Below are positions 50,685 to 60,617 of a DNA stretch of 64,000 bases, one piece after another. The stretch's first letter is position 1, and each line of letters begins with the position of its first letter. Both the position numbers and the translations under genes were made by a program. This stretch comes from Caldilineaceae bacterium (GTDB lineage Bacteria > Chloroflexota > Anaerolineae > Caldilineales > Caldilineaceae): contig CBDCRV010000008.1 of assembly GCA_965221225.1 (NCBI GenBank), positions 223,570-287,569 on the forward strand, written 5' to 3'. The notes below the pieces were generated by a model that made no database searches, had not been told where the DNA came from, and saw only the letters and a list, made by a program, of their open reading frames with translations.

Positions 50685-51950
50685 TCAGCTGGCAAAGAAA
50701 AACTGGCGAAAAGGCACCGGTACAAATGTCAAGACGAAGAGGGCCAACGTGCCATATCCGATCCATCGCCGCGTAGTGTCCAGTTCGGTAACCATATCCA
50801 AAGTCGGCCCATGGGCCGATCCCACTATCAGAAAGAGAAACCAAACCCAAAATAGCCAAAAAGTGTAACCGATGTGCTCCAGAAACGGCAAAGCCTCCTG
50901 CAAAGGTCGAAAACCACTCACACCCAGAATAGCCAATAACACAAGAGCTGCCTGATTCCAGATGCGGGCCTTGAACCCAAACAGTGAAAACACTACATGT
51001 CCGCCATCCAAGTTGCCAATGGGTAACAGATTTAGGCCGGTAGCAAGAAGTCCGATCCAGGCAGCAAATGCAACTTGGTTGACCGCAACATCTTGGCCAG
51101 TAGAGAAGTTGGGCAGCCACTCTGAGAAGACCAGATATTTCGCGCCTAAATACAAGAGGCTGTTGCCTTCCAGACCCACGGTGCCTGACCATTTACTGAG
51201 TTCGCTGGTGGAAAGACCCACATAGAGAAGAGGCACAGCCACTACCAGTCCGGCCAGAGGACCGGCCACGCCTACATCAAACAGTTTGCGGCGGTCCCAG
51301 ACTGGTTCTCGAAGCCTAATGAAGGCACCCAAAGTCCCAAACGAAATTGGCACTGGAATGAAATATGGCAGACTGACGGCGATGCGGTGGTAACGTGCCG
51401 CGAAAAAGTGGCCCAATTCATGTACGCCCAAGATCAGCAACAAAGTTCCTGCAAAGGGCCAGCCGGTGAGAACTTGGCGCAAATTCCACAGGTCGCCAGG
51501 TATTCCATCCCTTGCAGGACCATAAAGAGAACCTACCCATATTGTGCTAAGACAGGTAAGTAGGAACAGCACAATATTAAGGGCAATACGAGGCGGACGA
51601 GGGCGCCGGGGAGCTGATACCAAGGAGACTTTGACTGCACTGGGATCTGGCCTTCCCTTGTCCGATGTCAAGAATGGCAAGAGCTTTAGCTCTGCCAGCG
51701 CCAAGACCCAGGGCCCGAAGACTTCGTGGCTGGCTCTGAAAAGCCGCCCTTGCACTGCTATGCCGGTTTTTTCATCGCGAGGTAGTTGGACAGAGTCAAT
51801 ACTCATATCCCGACGCAGTACGCGTTTTGCCTTCTCCCAATTCAACTCATCCTGAGACTTGTCGAAGTCGTCGAATTCGGCAGCCGTTTCGTAAGAAGAA
51901 ACGCGTTTTTCAGGTTCATTCATGTCAGCGAGTTCCCATCTTGCCAGCAA
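50685..51950 (-). CDS. Site-2 protease family (M50) membrane metalloprotease
   Basis: [12 protein letters not shown] (HExxH) lies within a TM segment, and [12 protein letters not shown] is the second ligand motif. The protein is polytopic. An alternative ATG start lies at 51923. Confidence 0.85.
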   Translation of the reverse strand: MLARWELADMNEPEKRVSSYETAAEFDDFDKSQDELNWEKAKRVLRRDMSIDSVQLPRDEKTGIAVQGRLFRASHEVFGPWVLALAELKLLPFLTSDKGRPDPSAVKVSLVSAPRRPRPPRIALNIVLFLLTCLSTIWVGSLYGPARDGIPGDLWNLRQVLTGWPFAGTLLLILGVHELGHFFAARYHRIAVSLPYFIPVPISFGTLGAFIRLREPVWDRRKLFDVGVAGPLAGLVVAVPLLYVGLSTSELSKWSGTVGLEGNSLLYLGAKYLVFSEWLPNFSTGQDVAVNQVAFAAWIGLLATGLNLLPIGNLDGGHVVFSLFGFKARIWNQAALVLLAILGVSGFRPLQEALPFLEHIGYTFWLFWVWFLFLIVGSAHGPTLDMVTELDTTRRWIGYGTLALFVLTFVPVPFRQFFFAS

Positions 51951-52006
51951 TCCAAGTGAGTATCAGGGGTGTGGCCTTAGGGGCATTCTATGTCAGTCTG
52001 TCCAAG

Positions 52007-55000
52007 TCAAGGTCGCCAACCTGATAGGGGCTGGCTGTACCTGGCCATACTAGCTAGCAAACTCAGCAACAAATGCTTCCACTGTTCATCTTCACCCAAT
52101 TGTAGATAAACTCCATCTCGGCGCACTCGGAAAGGTGGCAAAGAGTCTGTTTCGCCCAACAGATGTGGGCCCAAGTCTCGTTTGAGATAAGCATTCAACA
52201 CATGCCGTTCCGTCTCGATGTCCGACCGAGGCGAGATCAACAAGGCGTCCTGTTGATGGGCAATGGATTCGATGTCGGCGGCTTCCGCTGCCTGTCTTAC
52301 CTTGATCAGATACAGCAGGTTTTCAATTTCTTCCGGCACCGCATCCACTCTGGCACTGACCGACCCAAAGCGATCTATGAGTTCCTTGCGGAATTCGTCA
52401 GCATCGTCTTCGCTTTTAAGGCCGGCTATGCGATGGTAGAACCGATAGCGACTTTCCGCGTCCTCGATGTACCATTCCGGAATCCGGGCCTCCAAGGGGA
52501 GCAGGAAGGTAACGGCAGGAGCAAACGGATCTTGCTTTACTTGGGCTTCAAGACGTGCCTTTTCTTCCTCGCTCCGTGTAACCGTGGCTTTTCGCAACTG
52601 CATGTCCGCAACCTCGTTGGTAAGCATGCGGGAGAAAAGGTCTAAACCGATAGTACCCATACTGCCACTCTGTCGGGCCCCCAAAATTTCGCCGGCCCCG
52701 CGCAGTTGTAAATCACTCATGGCGATTCTGAATCCGGCTCCCAACTCATCGCTGGCTTCCACGATATTTTGCAAACGGGCCCTTGCTGCAAAGTTCAAGT
52801 GTCTGTTATCAGCATAAAGAAGGTAGCAATGGCCTCGCCGGTAGGACCTGCCCACCCGGCCCCGTAGTTGGTACAGCTGGGCCATACCAAATCGATCTGC
52901 GTTATTGATAACAATAGTGTTGGCGTTGGGAATATCCAACCCATTCTCAATGAGGGTTGTACATACCAGGATATCCGTCTGTGATTGGGAAAAACGCAAC
53001 ATGGCATCTTCCAGTTCCTCGCCCTTCATTCTCCCATGCGCAATGTCAATGGTCGCGCCAGGGGCAAGATGAGAAACATGATCTGCCAAAGCCACGATGC
53101 CGCGAATACGGTCTGTGACAACAAATGCCTGTCCGCCGCGGCCCAGCTCTCGTTCCAAGGCCCGCCGTACCAGGGTCTCATCGTACGGGGCACTTACTGT
53201 GTGGACCGGCATCCGGGCTTCAGGAGGGGTGGTTATATAGCTTATGTCTCGAATGCCACTGAGGCCCATGTTCATGGTGCGCGGGATTGGTGTTGCTGAC
53301 ATTGTCAGTACGTTTACAGAGGGCTTAAGGTGCTTGATACGCTCCTTCTGCTTGACTCCGAATCGCTGTTCCTCATCGATTACCAACAGTCCCAAATCCT
53401 TGAATTCCACATCCTTGGACAGTAGCGCGTGTGTGCCAATCACTATGTCGGCCTGGCCTTGGGCTGCCTGCTCTTTGGTACGCCTTCGGTCCGCCGGCGA
53501 CCGGAGCCGGGTCAGTACTTCAATGCGGACCGGCATCTTCTGCATGCGCCGGCTGAAGGTTGCAAAATGTTGATGTGCTAGCACTGTGGTAGGAGCCAGA
53601 ACAGCAACTTGGCGACCATCCAGTACCACCTTGAATGCAGCTCGAATCGCTACCTCGGTCTTGCCGAAGCCAACATCTCCAACCACAAGCCGATCCATGT
53701 GTCTAGGCGCCTCTAGGTCCACCTTGACGTCCTTGATGGCTACCAACTGGTCCGCAGTCTCTTCAAATTCGAAACTAAGTTCTAAGGCCTGCTGTATGGC
53801 GTCGTCCAGACCAATGGGTTTTCCCACAGCCATTTCACGCTCTGCATAAATCCTCAGCAATTCGTTGGCGATCTCCTGCACTTCTTTCTTGACTTTGGCC
53901 TTAGCCGTCGCCCACTTGGTGGAGCCAAGTTTGCTGAGCATGGGGTCTTCAGAGCCTACATAGCGCCCCACGCGATTGGCTTGATGAACCGGCACCAAGA
54001 CCTTGTCTCCATCCAGAAAGTCAACCTGAATGAATTCAGTATCAAGCCCTTTGAGGCGCCTGTTGACAAGGCCGGCGTAGCAGCCGATTCCGAAGTCAAC
54101 ATGTACCACATGGTCACCTTTATTTACTTCGGCAAAGAATTGTTCCGGGGTAATGCCCTGATGTGCCGGTGTGCGCCGCCGTTTGTAGGTCTTTTGAATG
54201 TCAAAGAGTTCTACATCCGTAATTACCTGCAGGATGGGGTGTTCACTTCCCGCAAATTCTTCCCCATTGGGAACTACGCTGAATCCCCCATGTAAAGTGC
54301 CCTCCCACAGTTGTATCCCGCCAGGCGGAAAGCTGGCATCGGGTTCCCAGCCGACGATGCGTTCCGGGAACATACCCACAGATTCCATCATGTCCACGAC
54401 TTTGGCCGCCATTTGCGATACGATGACAACTCGAGTGCCAGCTTGCGCCTTTGTTTTGATGCTGGCAGGGCGCGCAGCCTGATCATCTCTTTGCAGGTCG
54501 ATGCCTTTGAAACAACGACCTAAGCCAGTAACTTGCGCGTCTTTACGACCTTCAAGATCACCATGTCCTAAGAGCACAGGTTTCTGAGCAGCAACCCTTT
54601 CAAGGATTTCGTCGTATGAAAAAAAACCTGAAGCAAAATTTACTGGTAGATCGCCACTCTGTAACAGTTCTGACTGCAATTCGATGCTCTTTCGTTCTAC
54701 GGCTTTCATTGCCTGTTCGCAATCCGCACCGTCATCCAGCAGCAGTACCCCGCTAGGGCCTAGAAAGTCCAGCAGGCAACCAGGTTCCGCATACAGGTAA
54801 GGCAGATACCATTCGATCTCAGGAAAGCTTTCTTTGCGGGCCAGCTTTTCTACTTCCTCGACTATATCCTGCTGCAGAAAAAGCTGGAGTTCGGGGTCCT
54901 GCAAGGGACCACGCTCCTGGGGATTCATCTCCAGCATTTCGTGGGCGGTGCCAGCCTTTAGTCCTACACGTTGAAGTAGTTCTGGGCCTTGGCGGGACAA

Positions 55001-55714
55001 CGCTTCACTGGCCGGACCGATGTCCACTTTCTTCAGAGTACCTCTGCTGCGTTGAGTCTGAGGATCAAAAAAGCGCAATGTCTCAATCTCATCCCCCATG
55101 AAGTCAAATCGCACCGGATAGAGCAGATTTGCAGGCCAAATGTCCAGGATGCTGCCCCGCCGGGCAAAGGTACCTGCGCTTTCTACATTGGGTTTGGAGG
55201 TGTATCCGACCTCTACCCAGAATCGCGTGATCTGAGTCATCTGATGGGATTCCCCTACGGCATAAGAATGAAGGGAATCGGCGAGGCAGGAAGGGGGCAG
55301 AGTCTTTTGCATCAAGGCTGTCACACTGCTTACCACGATGCTCGACTTCTGTTCAGATTGCAGGAGGGCCGCCAAGGCAGTGAGCCTGCTCTGGCGAGTT
55401 TGGCCGGTCCAAGGAATACGCTCAAAGGCGCGAGAATCCGGTTTAGCAAAGAAATAGATCTCTGCCGCGCCCTCTGCGATGTCGCCTGTCCACTGACGAA
55501 TTTCCTGCACTAGCATGTCCGCCCGATCATCGTCGGCAGCCACTACTAAGAGACTGCGCGCGGACTGCTGCACCAAACTTGACAGCAAGAAGGAGTGGGC
55601 CGCCGCGGGTACTCCCAACGGGATCCTTGAAGTGATTGCACTTCCAGCAGGATCAGCCAGCGAATGCACTTCCTGCCAGAAGTTGTGCCAATTGATTTCG
55701 ATGGACTCTCTCAA
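52007..55714 (-). CDS. mfd: Transcription-repair coupling factor
   Basis: 1235 aa with a UvrB-homology N-terminus and a CarD-like region (GDHVVHVDFGIG). SF2 motifs are GDVGFGKTEVA and DEEQRFGV, plus a TRG-like region. The TTG start overlaps the pth stop (TTGA). Confidence 0.95.
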   Translation of the reverse strand: MRESIEINWHNFWQEVHSLADPAGSAITSRIPLGVPAAAHSFLLSSLVQQSARSLLVVAADDDRADMLVQEIRQWTGDIAEGAAEIYFFAKPDSRAFERIPWTGQTRQSRLTALAALLQSEQKSSIVVSSVTALMQKTLPPSCLADSLHSYAVGESHQMTQITRFWVEVGYTSKPNVESAGTFARRGSILDIWPANLLYPVRFDFMGDEIETLRFFDPQTQRSRGTLKKVDIGPASEALSRQGPELLQRVGLKAGTAHEMLEMNPQERGPLQDPELQLFLQQDIVEEVEKLARKESFPEIEWYLPYLYAEPGCLLDFLGPSGVLLLDDGADCEQAMKAVERKSIELQSELLQSGDLPVNFASGFFSYDEILERVAAQKPVLLGHGDLEGRKDAQVTGLGRCFKGIDLQRDDQAARPASIKTKAQAGTRVVIVSQMAAKVVDMMESVGMFPERIVGWEPDASFPPGGIQLWEGTLHGGFSVVPNGEEFAGSEHPILQVITDVELFDIQKTYKRRRTPAHQGITPEQFFAEVNKGDHVVHVDFGIGCYAGLVNRRLKGLDTEFIQVDFLDGDKVLVPVHQANRVGRYVGSEDPMLSKLGSTKWATAKAKVKKEVQEIANELLRIYAEREMAVGKPIGLDDAIQQALELSFEFEETADQLVAIKDVKVDLEAPRHMDRLVVGDVGFGKTEVAIRAAFKVVLDGRQVAVLAPTTVLAHQHFATFSRRMQKMPVRIEVLTRLRSPADRRRTKEQAAQGQADIVIGTHALLSKDVEFKDLGLLVIDEEQRFGVKQKERIKHLKPSVNVLTMSATPIPRTMNMGLSGIRDISYITTPPEARMPVHTVSAPYDETLVRRALERELGRGGQAFVVTDRIRGIVALADHVSHLAPGATIDIAHGRMKGEELEDAMLRFSQSQTDILVCTTLIENGLDIPNANTIVINNADRFGMAQLYQLRGRVGRSYRRGHCYLLYADNRHLNFAARARLQNIVEASDELGAGFRIAMSDLQLRGAGEILGARQSGSMGTIGLDLFSRMLTNEVADMQLRKATVTRSEEEKARLEAQVKQDPFAPAVTFLLPLEARIPEWYIEDAESRYRFYHRIAGLKSEDDADEFRKELIDRFGSVSARVDAVPEEIENLLYLIKVRQAAEAADIESIAHQQDALLISPRSDIETERHVLNAYLKRDLGPHLLGETDSLPPFRVRRDGVYLQLGEDEQWKHLLLSLLASMARYSQPLSGWRP

Positions 55715-56331
55715 GACTTACTATTGAAGTGATTCATAGCGGATTCCATGCCATGGCGCAGCCAGTATACAACTGCCTCTCCCACGCGAACTCTAAGTGG
55801 TTCCACCAACTCGGTAATTTCTACCTGGGAAAAACGCCGCAGCACGTAAGCCGCAGGATCCATGCGCCCAGGGGGCCGACCCACCCCCACACAAAGTCTA
55901 GCGAATTCTTGAGTACCGAGATGGCTAATAATTGACCGCATACCCTTGTGACCACCTGACCCTCCTGCAGGTCGAAATTTAAGCTGCCCGAGGGGCAGAT
56001 CCATATGGTCCCACACTACAAGCAAGTGGGACGGTTCCACATTGCGGGCCTCCAATAAACCACGCACACACTGCCCGCTTTCGTTCATGTACCGGGCGGG
56101 TTTGGCTAAGTTCAGGGCCAAGGTCTGTTCAAGTTCGGTCGGATCACCATTTTCGTTCGCCGGCAGGCGAATCACATTCCAGGAGCATTGATAGCTCCGC
56201 TTATTGAGTTTAACGCCCAGAGAAGCCGCGAGGAGGGAGATACTCTCAGAACCGATGTTGTGGGGAGTGTGATCGTACCTGGACCCGGGGTTGCCAAGTC
56301 CCACGACCAAATAACGTTGAAAAGCAGCCAC
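55711..56331 (-). CDS. pth: Peptidyl-tRNA hydrolase
   Basis: LVVGLGNPGSRYDHTPHNIG, MNESGQ and GGHKGMRSI. Confidence 0.93.
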   Translation of the reverse strand: MAAFQRYLVVGLGNPGSRYDHTPHNIGSESISLLAASLGVKLNKRSYQCSWNVIRLPANENGDPTELEQTLALNLAKPARYMNESGQCVRGLLEARNVEPSHLLVVWDHMDLPLGQLKFRPAGGSGGHKGMRSIISHLGTQEFARLCVGVGRPPGRMDPAAYVLRRFSQVEITELVEPLRVRVGEAVVYWLRHGMESAMNHFNSKS

Positions 56332-56352
56332 TGCCCGGCACCGTTAGTTTGG

Positions 56353-56988
56353 TTATCTAGTAGAGCCAGTGCGTCGCAGGAGCCATAATATCAATGACTT
56401 CAGCAAGAAGTAGGCCAATACCATTCCCCCGATGGTGGCGCTGAGTCTGACTCCGCGTTCCAAATAAGACCAGAGGTTTTCCGGCCTGGCGCGGATGACT
56501 AGGGCGTCCAAAGCTTCCTGTAATTCGCTCTCGGGGCCTGAACGGCCACCCGGTCCGACACTACTGGCTTCCGACAATTCGCCAACATTGGTCTGGTCAG
56601 CAAGGGAGAAACGGACACTCTCCTCAACAACTTGCTGATCCCCAAAATATGCAGTCAGGCGAACTTCGTAGTCTCCAGGTACCAAACTTTGGCCGGACCA
56701 AGTGCCCAGCGCGCCTTCTTCAACGGCAATGCTGTCGCCGCCAAAATAGATGAATTCACTCTCAACACCAACTGGTCTGTAATAGAGGTCATAACGGTTA
56801 AAGCCAGGCCCGCCAACCGTACCGTGGATTTCTACTTCGCCGTCCACCGTTTGTCCAGATTCGGGATTCGTTAGAACCACAGTGACGTCAGACTGTGCCA
56901 ACACCGGAGACGCGGCAAAGCTTGCGAAGAATATCGCCCAAAGAAATATTGTTGGGGCCGATACATCGCGGACACGCGGGCGCAACAT
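56353..56988 (-). CDS. Hypothetical exported protein with a C-terminal membrane anchor
   Basis: Signal peptide (FLWAIFFASFAASPVLAQS), a ~100-aa beta-rich Ig-like region, a Ser/Gly/Pro linker and a C-terminal TM (IGGMVLAYFLLKSLILWLL). No cysteines. The start lies 1 nt after the dsbB-cyt c stop. Confidence 0.55.
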   Translation of the reverse strand: MLRPRVRDVSAPTIFLWAIFFASFAASPVLAQSDVTVVLTNPESGQTVDGEVEIHGTVGGPGFNRYDLYYRPVGVESEFIYFGGDSIAVEEGALGTWSGQSLVPGDYEVRLTAYFGDQQVVEESVRFSLADQTNVGELSEASSVGPGGRSGPESELQEALDALVIRARPENLWSYLERGVRLSATIGGMVLAYFLLKSLILWLLRRTGSTR

Positions 56989-56989
56989 T

Positions 56990-57880
56990 TCAAGGTGCGA
57001 CCAGAGATTGGAGGAATGCCACTATGACCTTCAATTCTGCATCATTGAGCTCTGCGCCACCACTTGGGGGCATTAAATTCCCTGTACTGTTAAGCGGGTC
57101 ATCCTTAGGCACTCCTTGCTGAATGAGGTCAGCCAATTGCTGGGGATTCAAATCTCTAACCCGTTCCGAGGTTTGCAGAGAAGGGGTTAGGCCAGTAATG
57201 CCTTCACCGTTTTGCCCGTGGCAAGCCCTGCAATTGCTTTCAAAGAGGATTTTGCCATCATCAATCGAGGCATTGATTTCGGACTGGCTTTTGAGTGGCG
57301 AAGCTGCTGGAGAAGAAGCAACTGGGGGCAACGAGACAACGCGTTCCCCCCTGGCTTCGAAAAATATGCCAACCCATATGAGGATTCCCAAGAGCGTGAT
57401 GGCAACCAGGAGAATTACAGTTGGAATGTCCATAGCTGCCGGGTCCAGTCTTGGCGCGACTGGCCCGGCTAGATATAACAACGTACTCACCGTGACTAAC
57501 ATAAAGGCGATCATGGCCAACAGCGGGATTGTAACCACACCCCACCAGTCTATGTAAGTTATTCCACAAGAGACTCCGCCGCTACAGGTTTCTGCTGCAG
57601 TTAAAAGTGTAGTTTTCTGTAACAGATAATGGTAAACGGAGATTCCTTGGCCCAGCAGAGAACCGAATAGCACCAGATAAGCAAGAGCACGGATACGAGT
57701 AAACAGTATGAATGCCAGGGTTGGGACCAAAGGATACATGGCGATACGCTGTGCCCAGCACAGCACACAAGGGGTAAACTGCCTGATCTGACTGAAATAC
57801 AGACTGCCCAAAAGGGCAGTCAAAGCCACTATATATGCTCCCCACAGAGGCCATTCTTCGCGCGGGAAACGCCTGCCCAT
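56990..57880 (-). CDS. Disulfide bond formation protein B (BdbC type) fused to a C-terminal monohaem cytochrome c domain
   Basis: Residues 1-140 align by eye with B. subtilis BdbC (LGSLYFSQIRQFTPCVLCWAQRIAMYPLV; loop C99/C105; TIPLLAMIAF). A fifth TM spans ~152-174. After a Ser/Pro linker come CRACH (217-221) and a distal NLMPP Met, typical of class I cytochrome c. Confidence 0.85.
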   Translation of the reverse strand: MGRRFPREEWPLWGAYIVALTALLGSLYFSQIRQFTPCVLCWAQRIAMYPLVPTLAFILFTRIRALAYLVLFGSLLGQGISVYHYLLQKTTLLTAAETCSGGVSCGITYIDWWGVVTIPLLAMIAFMLVTVSTLLYLAGPVAPRLDPAAMDIPTVILLVAITLLGILIWVGIFFEARGERVVSLPPVASSPAASPLKSQSEINASIDDGKILFESNCRACHGQNGEGITGLTPSLQTSERVRDLNPQQLADLIQQGVPKDDPLNSTGNLMPPSGGAELNDAELKVIVAFLQSLVAP

Positions 57881-57904
57881 ATCGTCCTGAATTGAATTGT
57901 TGCG

Positions 57905-58582
57905 TCAGGATTGCAACGCGTTGTTCAAGGCAGTCTTAAGGGCATCGTAGTCGGTGGCGTTGCCTTCGTATTTGACGCCGTTAATAAAGAGAGCGGGAGT
58001 AGATTGCACGCCAGCATCAATTCCATCCTGGATGGATCGGTCTATAGCTTGCTGAGTCGAGGTGGAACCCATGCACTCCACAAAGTTGCCCTCGCGAATC
58101 CCTAGAGAGGAGGCCAATTCTGTCAAAGATTCAATGGAATAACGATTCGCTCCCCGTTCCCCAAAAAACATGGTGTCATGGTAAATCCAAAATTGATCTG
58201 ACAATTCCGTCACGCATAGACCAGCTCGAGCTGCGGCAAATGAGTTGGGAGCGAAAATCTGTAGCGGAAAGAAATGATAGACGAATTTGACTTGTCCGTT
58301 TTGTACGAATTCCTCAACCAATCTATCCTTGCTGGCGGAATTAAACTCCCCACAGTGGGGACACAAGAAATCTTCCCAGGCGTCTAAGACAACCATAGCT
58401 TCTGGATCACCCAATTCATTGCCGTTGATCCATTCCGGGGGAATAGCGTCGTATGCCTCAACTTCGACCGTGGTGCGTGCGGCCAACACCATAAAGACAA
58501 TGAGAAGTACGGTCAGCACTACCCCCGTACCCACAATCCAAAGCCCGATTCGGCTCTTGCCGGATTTAGATGACTCGGACAT
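57905..58582 (-). CDS. DsbA/BdbD-family thiol:disulfide oxidoreductase (membrane-anchored)
   Basis: N-terminal TM anchor and the thioredoxin-fold active site FLCPHCGEF. It lies immediately upstream of the DsbB homologue. Confidence 0.85.
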   Translation of the reverse strand: MSESSKSGKSRIGLWIVGTGVVLTVLLIVFMVLAARTTVEVEAYDAIPPEWINGNELGDPEAMVVLDAWEDFLCPHCGEFNSASKDRLVEEFVQNGQVKFVYHFFPLQIFAPNSFAAARAGLCVTELSDQFWIYHDTMFFGERGANRYSIESLTELASSLGIREGNFVECMGSTSTQQAIDRSIQDGIDAGVQSTPALFINGVKYEGNATDYDALKTALNNALQS

Positions 58583-58812
58583 GGCCGTAGCTCCCTACCG
58601 TGACGTGAAAAACAATATGGACCTGGAGATTCGGAATACGAATTTCCTTGATTTCATATTAACAAAGGCAGCCCCATTATTACAGGGCAGGAAAAAGAAT
58701 GGACTTGTAGGGAGGTTCCTCCATCGGTCCAGGAAGCTGTTGGGGAAGTCCAAAACATGAGGACAGGCGATGATAGTATGGGGCCGCGGTTCTACATTGG
58801 GGGAGAGTATCA

Positions 58813-59766
58813 ATGCATGAATTAGGGGGGGCAGTCGTTGTCATAACTGGGGCCAGCCGAGGCATAGGGGCCGCTACAGCAAGGGCATTTGCCGCCAAGG
58901 GTTGCCACATCGTCCTAGCAGCCAGGAATTCGGACCAGATAACCACTCTGGCTTCAGAATTGCAACAGGATTGGGGAATTAGGGCTTTGGCCGTAACCAC
59001 AGATGTAAGAGATGCCAGCCAAGTAGATGCTCTCATGTCTACAGCGCAAGACCGGATGGGCGGCATTGACATTCTGGTCAACAACGCGGGCCTGGGGTCC
59101 AGCAGTCCCTTGGCAAACACTACTGATTCGGAATTAACCCATCTCTTTGAAGTTAACGTGTACGGGCCAGTACGGGCAATGCGCGCTGCTTTGCCTCATT
59201 TGAAGCTACGAGGGGGCGGCACGATAGTCAATATCGGCAGTATTGTCAGTTATTTCGCCTTGCCTGCTGATGGTAAGTCTGCAGTTTCTTCCACATATTG
59301 TGCAACCAAGTTCGCTCTACGCGCCTACACTACAGCAGCTAGGGCTGAACTGATGGAAGCGAAGGTGCACACAGTGTTGGCTATCGTTGGTCTGACCAGC
59401 ACCGACTTTCAGGAGGCTGCATTTCGAAGCGAGAATGGCCCCCAGCCTCGAGCTCGGGCTCAGAAACCGAACAGCACTTTGAGTGTGTTGCGAGGACTAG
59501 CGGTACCTCCTGAGAAGGTGGCTGAACGACTGGTCAAGGCCGTCCAACGCAGGGAAAATGAGGTTTGCGTGAGCTGGTTCGATCGTTTGCTAGTGCAATC
59601 AATCGTGTGGATGCCAGGCCTGCAGGGATTCTTGGGGAGGGTCTATCTTGCTTTGGGGAGCAGGGGGGCAGTCTGGAAATACCTGAAGGGGAGAGACTAC
59701 TTGGCCGCGTTCGGCATGTTCATCTGCCTAAAATATGGTAGTAGACTCCTATTCCGCCGTCGGTAA
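58813..59766 (+). CDS. SDR-family oxidoreductase with a hydrophobic C-terminal extension
   Basis: VVVITGASRGIGAATA (TGxxxGxG), NNAG and YCATKFAL (YxxxK). The last ~60 aa are hydrophobic and basic. Confidence 0.88.
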   Translation: MHELGGAVVVITGASRGIGAATARAFAAKGCHIVLAARNSDQITTLASELQQDWGIRALAVTTDVRDASQVDALMSTAQDRMGGIDILVNNAGLGSSSPLANTTDSELTHLFEVNVYGPVRAMRAALPHLKLRGGGTIVNIGSIVSYFALPADGKSAVSSTYCATKFALRAYTTAARAELMEAKVHTVLAIVGLTSTDFQEAAFRSENGPQPRARAQKPNSTLSVLRGLAVPPEKVAERLVKAVQRRENEVCVSWFDRLLVQSIVWMPGLQGFLGRVYLALGSRGAVWKYLKGRDYLAAFGMFICLKYGSRLLFRRR

Positions 59767-59811
59767 TACCGCCAGTTTTCGATTTAGTTTGAGTTCTCTC
59801 TCAATCTCTTT

Positions 59812-60612
59812 CTAGGATCGAGGATTGAAGAGCAGGGACAGCATATTTGCCAGCGTTTGCACTTCTTGTGCATTTTCCAAGGGCGGCGCCCCCAATGTGA
59901 ATTTGGGCGGGATACTGGACGATTCTAGGAACAGATGGGATTGGAAATCCTTTAGGGCCCGGGCATTGCCCCAGAAGCTTTCGGAGGGCATTTCCAACCC
60001 GGAATTAAGTGTTTCACCCACTGTTCCGCTTTCCAATTTCTGACGGAAAATCTCCTGGTAGTCTTCTCTTCCAATCGGAGAATACTGAGATGTCCCATTT
60101 TCCAGATTCCGAAGCATATGACGAGCGTTTTCCGGAGATAATCCTCTCATACTGAGCAAGACCCAGGGATCTGATTCAATCATCCAACCGCTTTCGACTA
60201 AGACTCCTAAGCTGAAAGGACAGGGCTCCTTTCGGGAAGAGGGAGTCACTTGCACTCGTATTTCCTGCATTCCCAAAGGAAGCAGGGGCCAGCCCAGCCT
60301 GGAAAGGAAGGAATGCAGGACCAATTCTGGTCGGCCCGAGAGACTGCGACAGATCTCAGGAGAAGAATGCCTCAACTGTGCTAGTTGCTCCTCCCAATCC
60401 AGAAGAGAACGCCGCGGCAATGACACCTGTACTGTCACTGGGGCTCCCTGCGAAACCTTAATTTGTGCCTGTATCCGGCCGTCCACTTCCTCTATGGAAG
60501 TAATTTCGTGTTCCAGGGCGCTGGCGTGGGCGTAGTCTCGAAGAATTGAATCGCCTTCAAAGAGAGCGTCCTCCCAACTGCTGTGCCAATCAATAGCCAC
60601 TCTTTGCCTCAC
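59812..60612 (-). CDS. SWIM-like partner protein of the SNF2 helicase (zinc ligands apparently lost)
   Basis: 266 aa, starting 5 nt after the SNF2 stop. The layout resembles the SWIM proteins that accompany bacterial SNF2/YwqA-type helicases (...DPWVLLSMRGLS...). The expected CxC...CxH positions read TPS...CPF. Assignment is by context and weak motif only. Confidence 0.45.
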   Translation of the reverse strand: MRQRVAIDWHSSWEDALFEGDSILRDYAHASALEHEITSIEEVDGRIQAQIKVSQGAPVTVQVSLPRRSLLDWEEQLAQLRHSSPEICRSLSGRPELVLHSFLSRLGWPLLPLGMQEIRVQVTPSSRKEPCPFSLGVLVESGWMIESDPWVLLSMRGLSPENARHMLRNLENGTSQYSPIGREDYQEIFRQKLESGTVGETLNSGLEMPSESFWGNARALKDFQSHLFLESSSIPPKFTLGAPPLENAQEVQTLANMLSLLFNPRS

Positions 60613-60617
60613 TTTCC

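Noticed and set aside
50659-51192. 177-aa minus-strand ORF
   Set aside because: It is an alternative frame of the M50 protease gene, which carries clear HExxH and NxxPxxxLDGG motifs.
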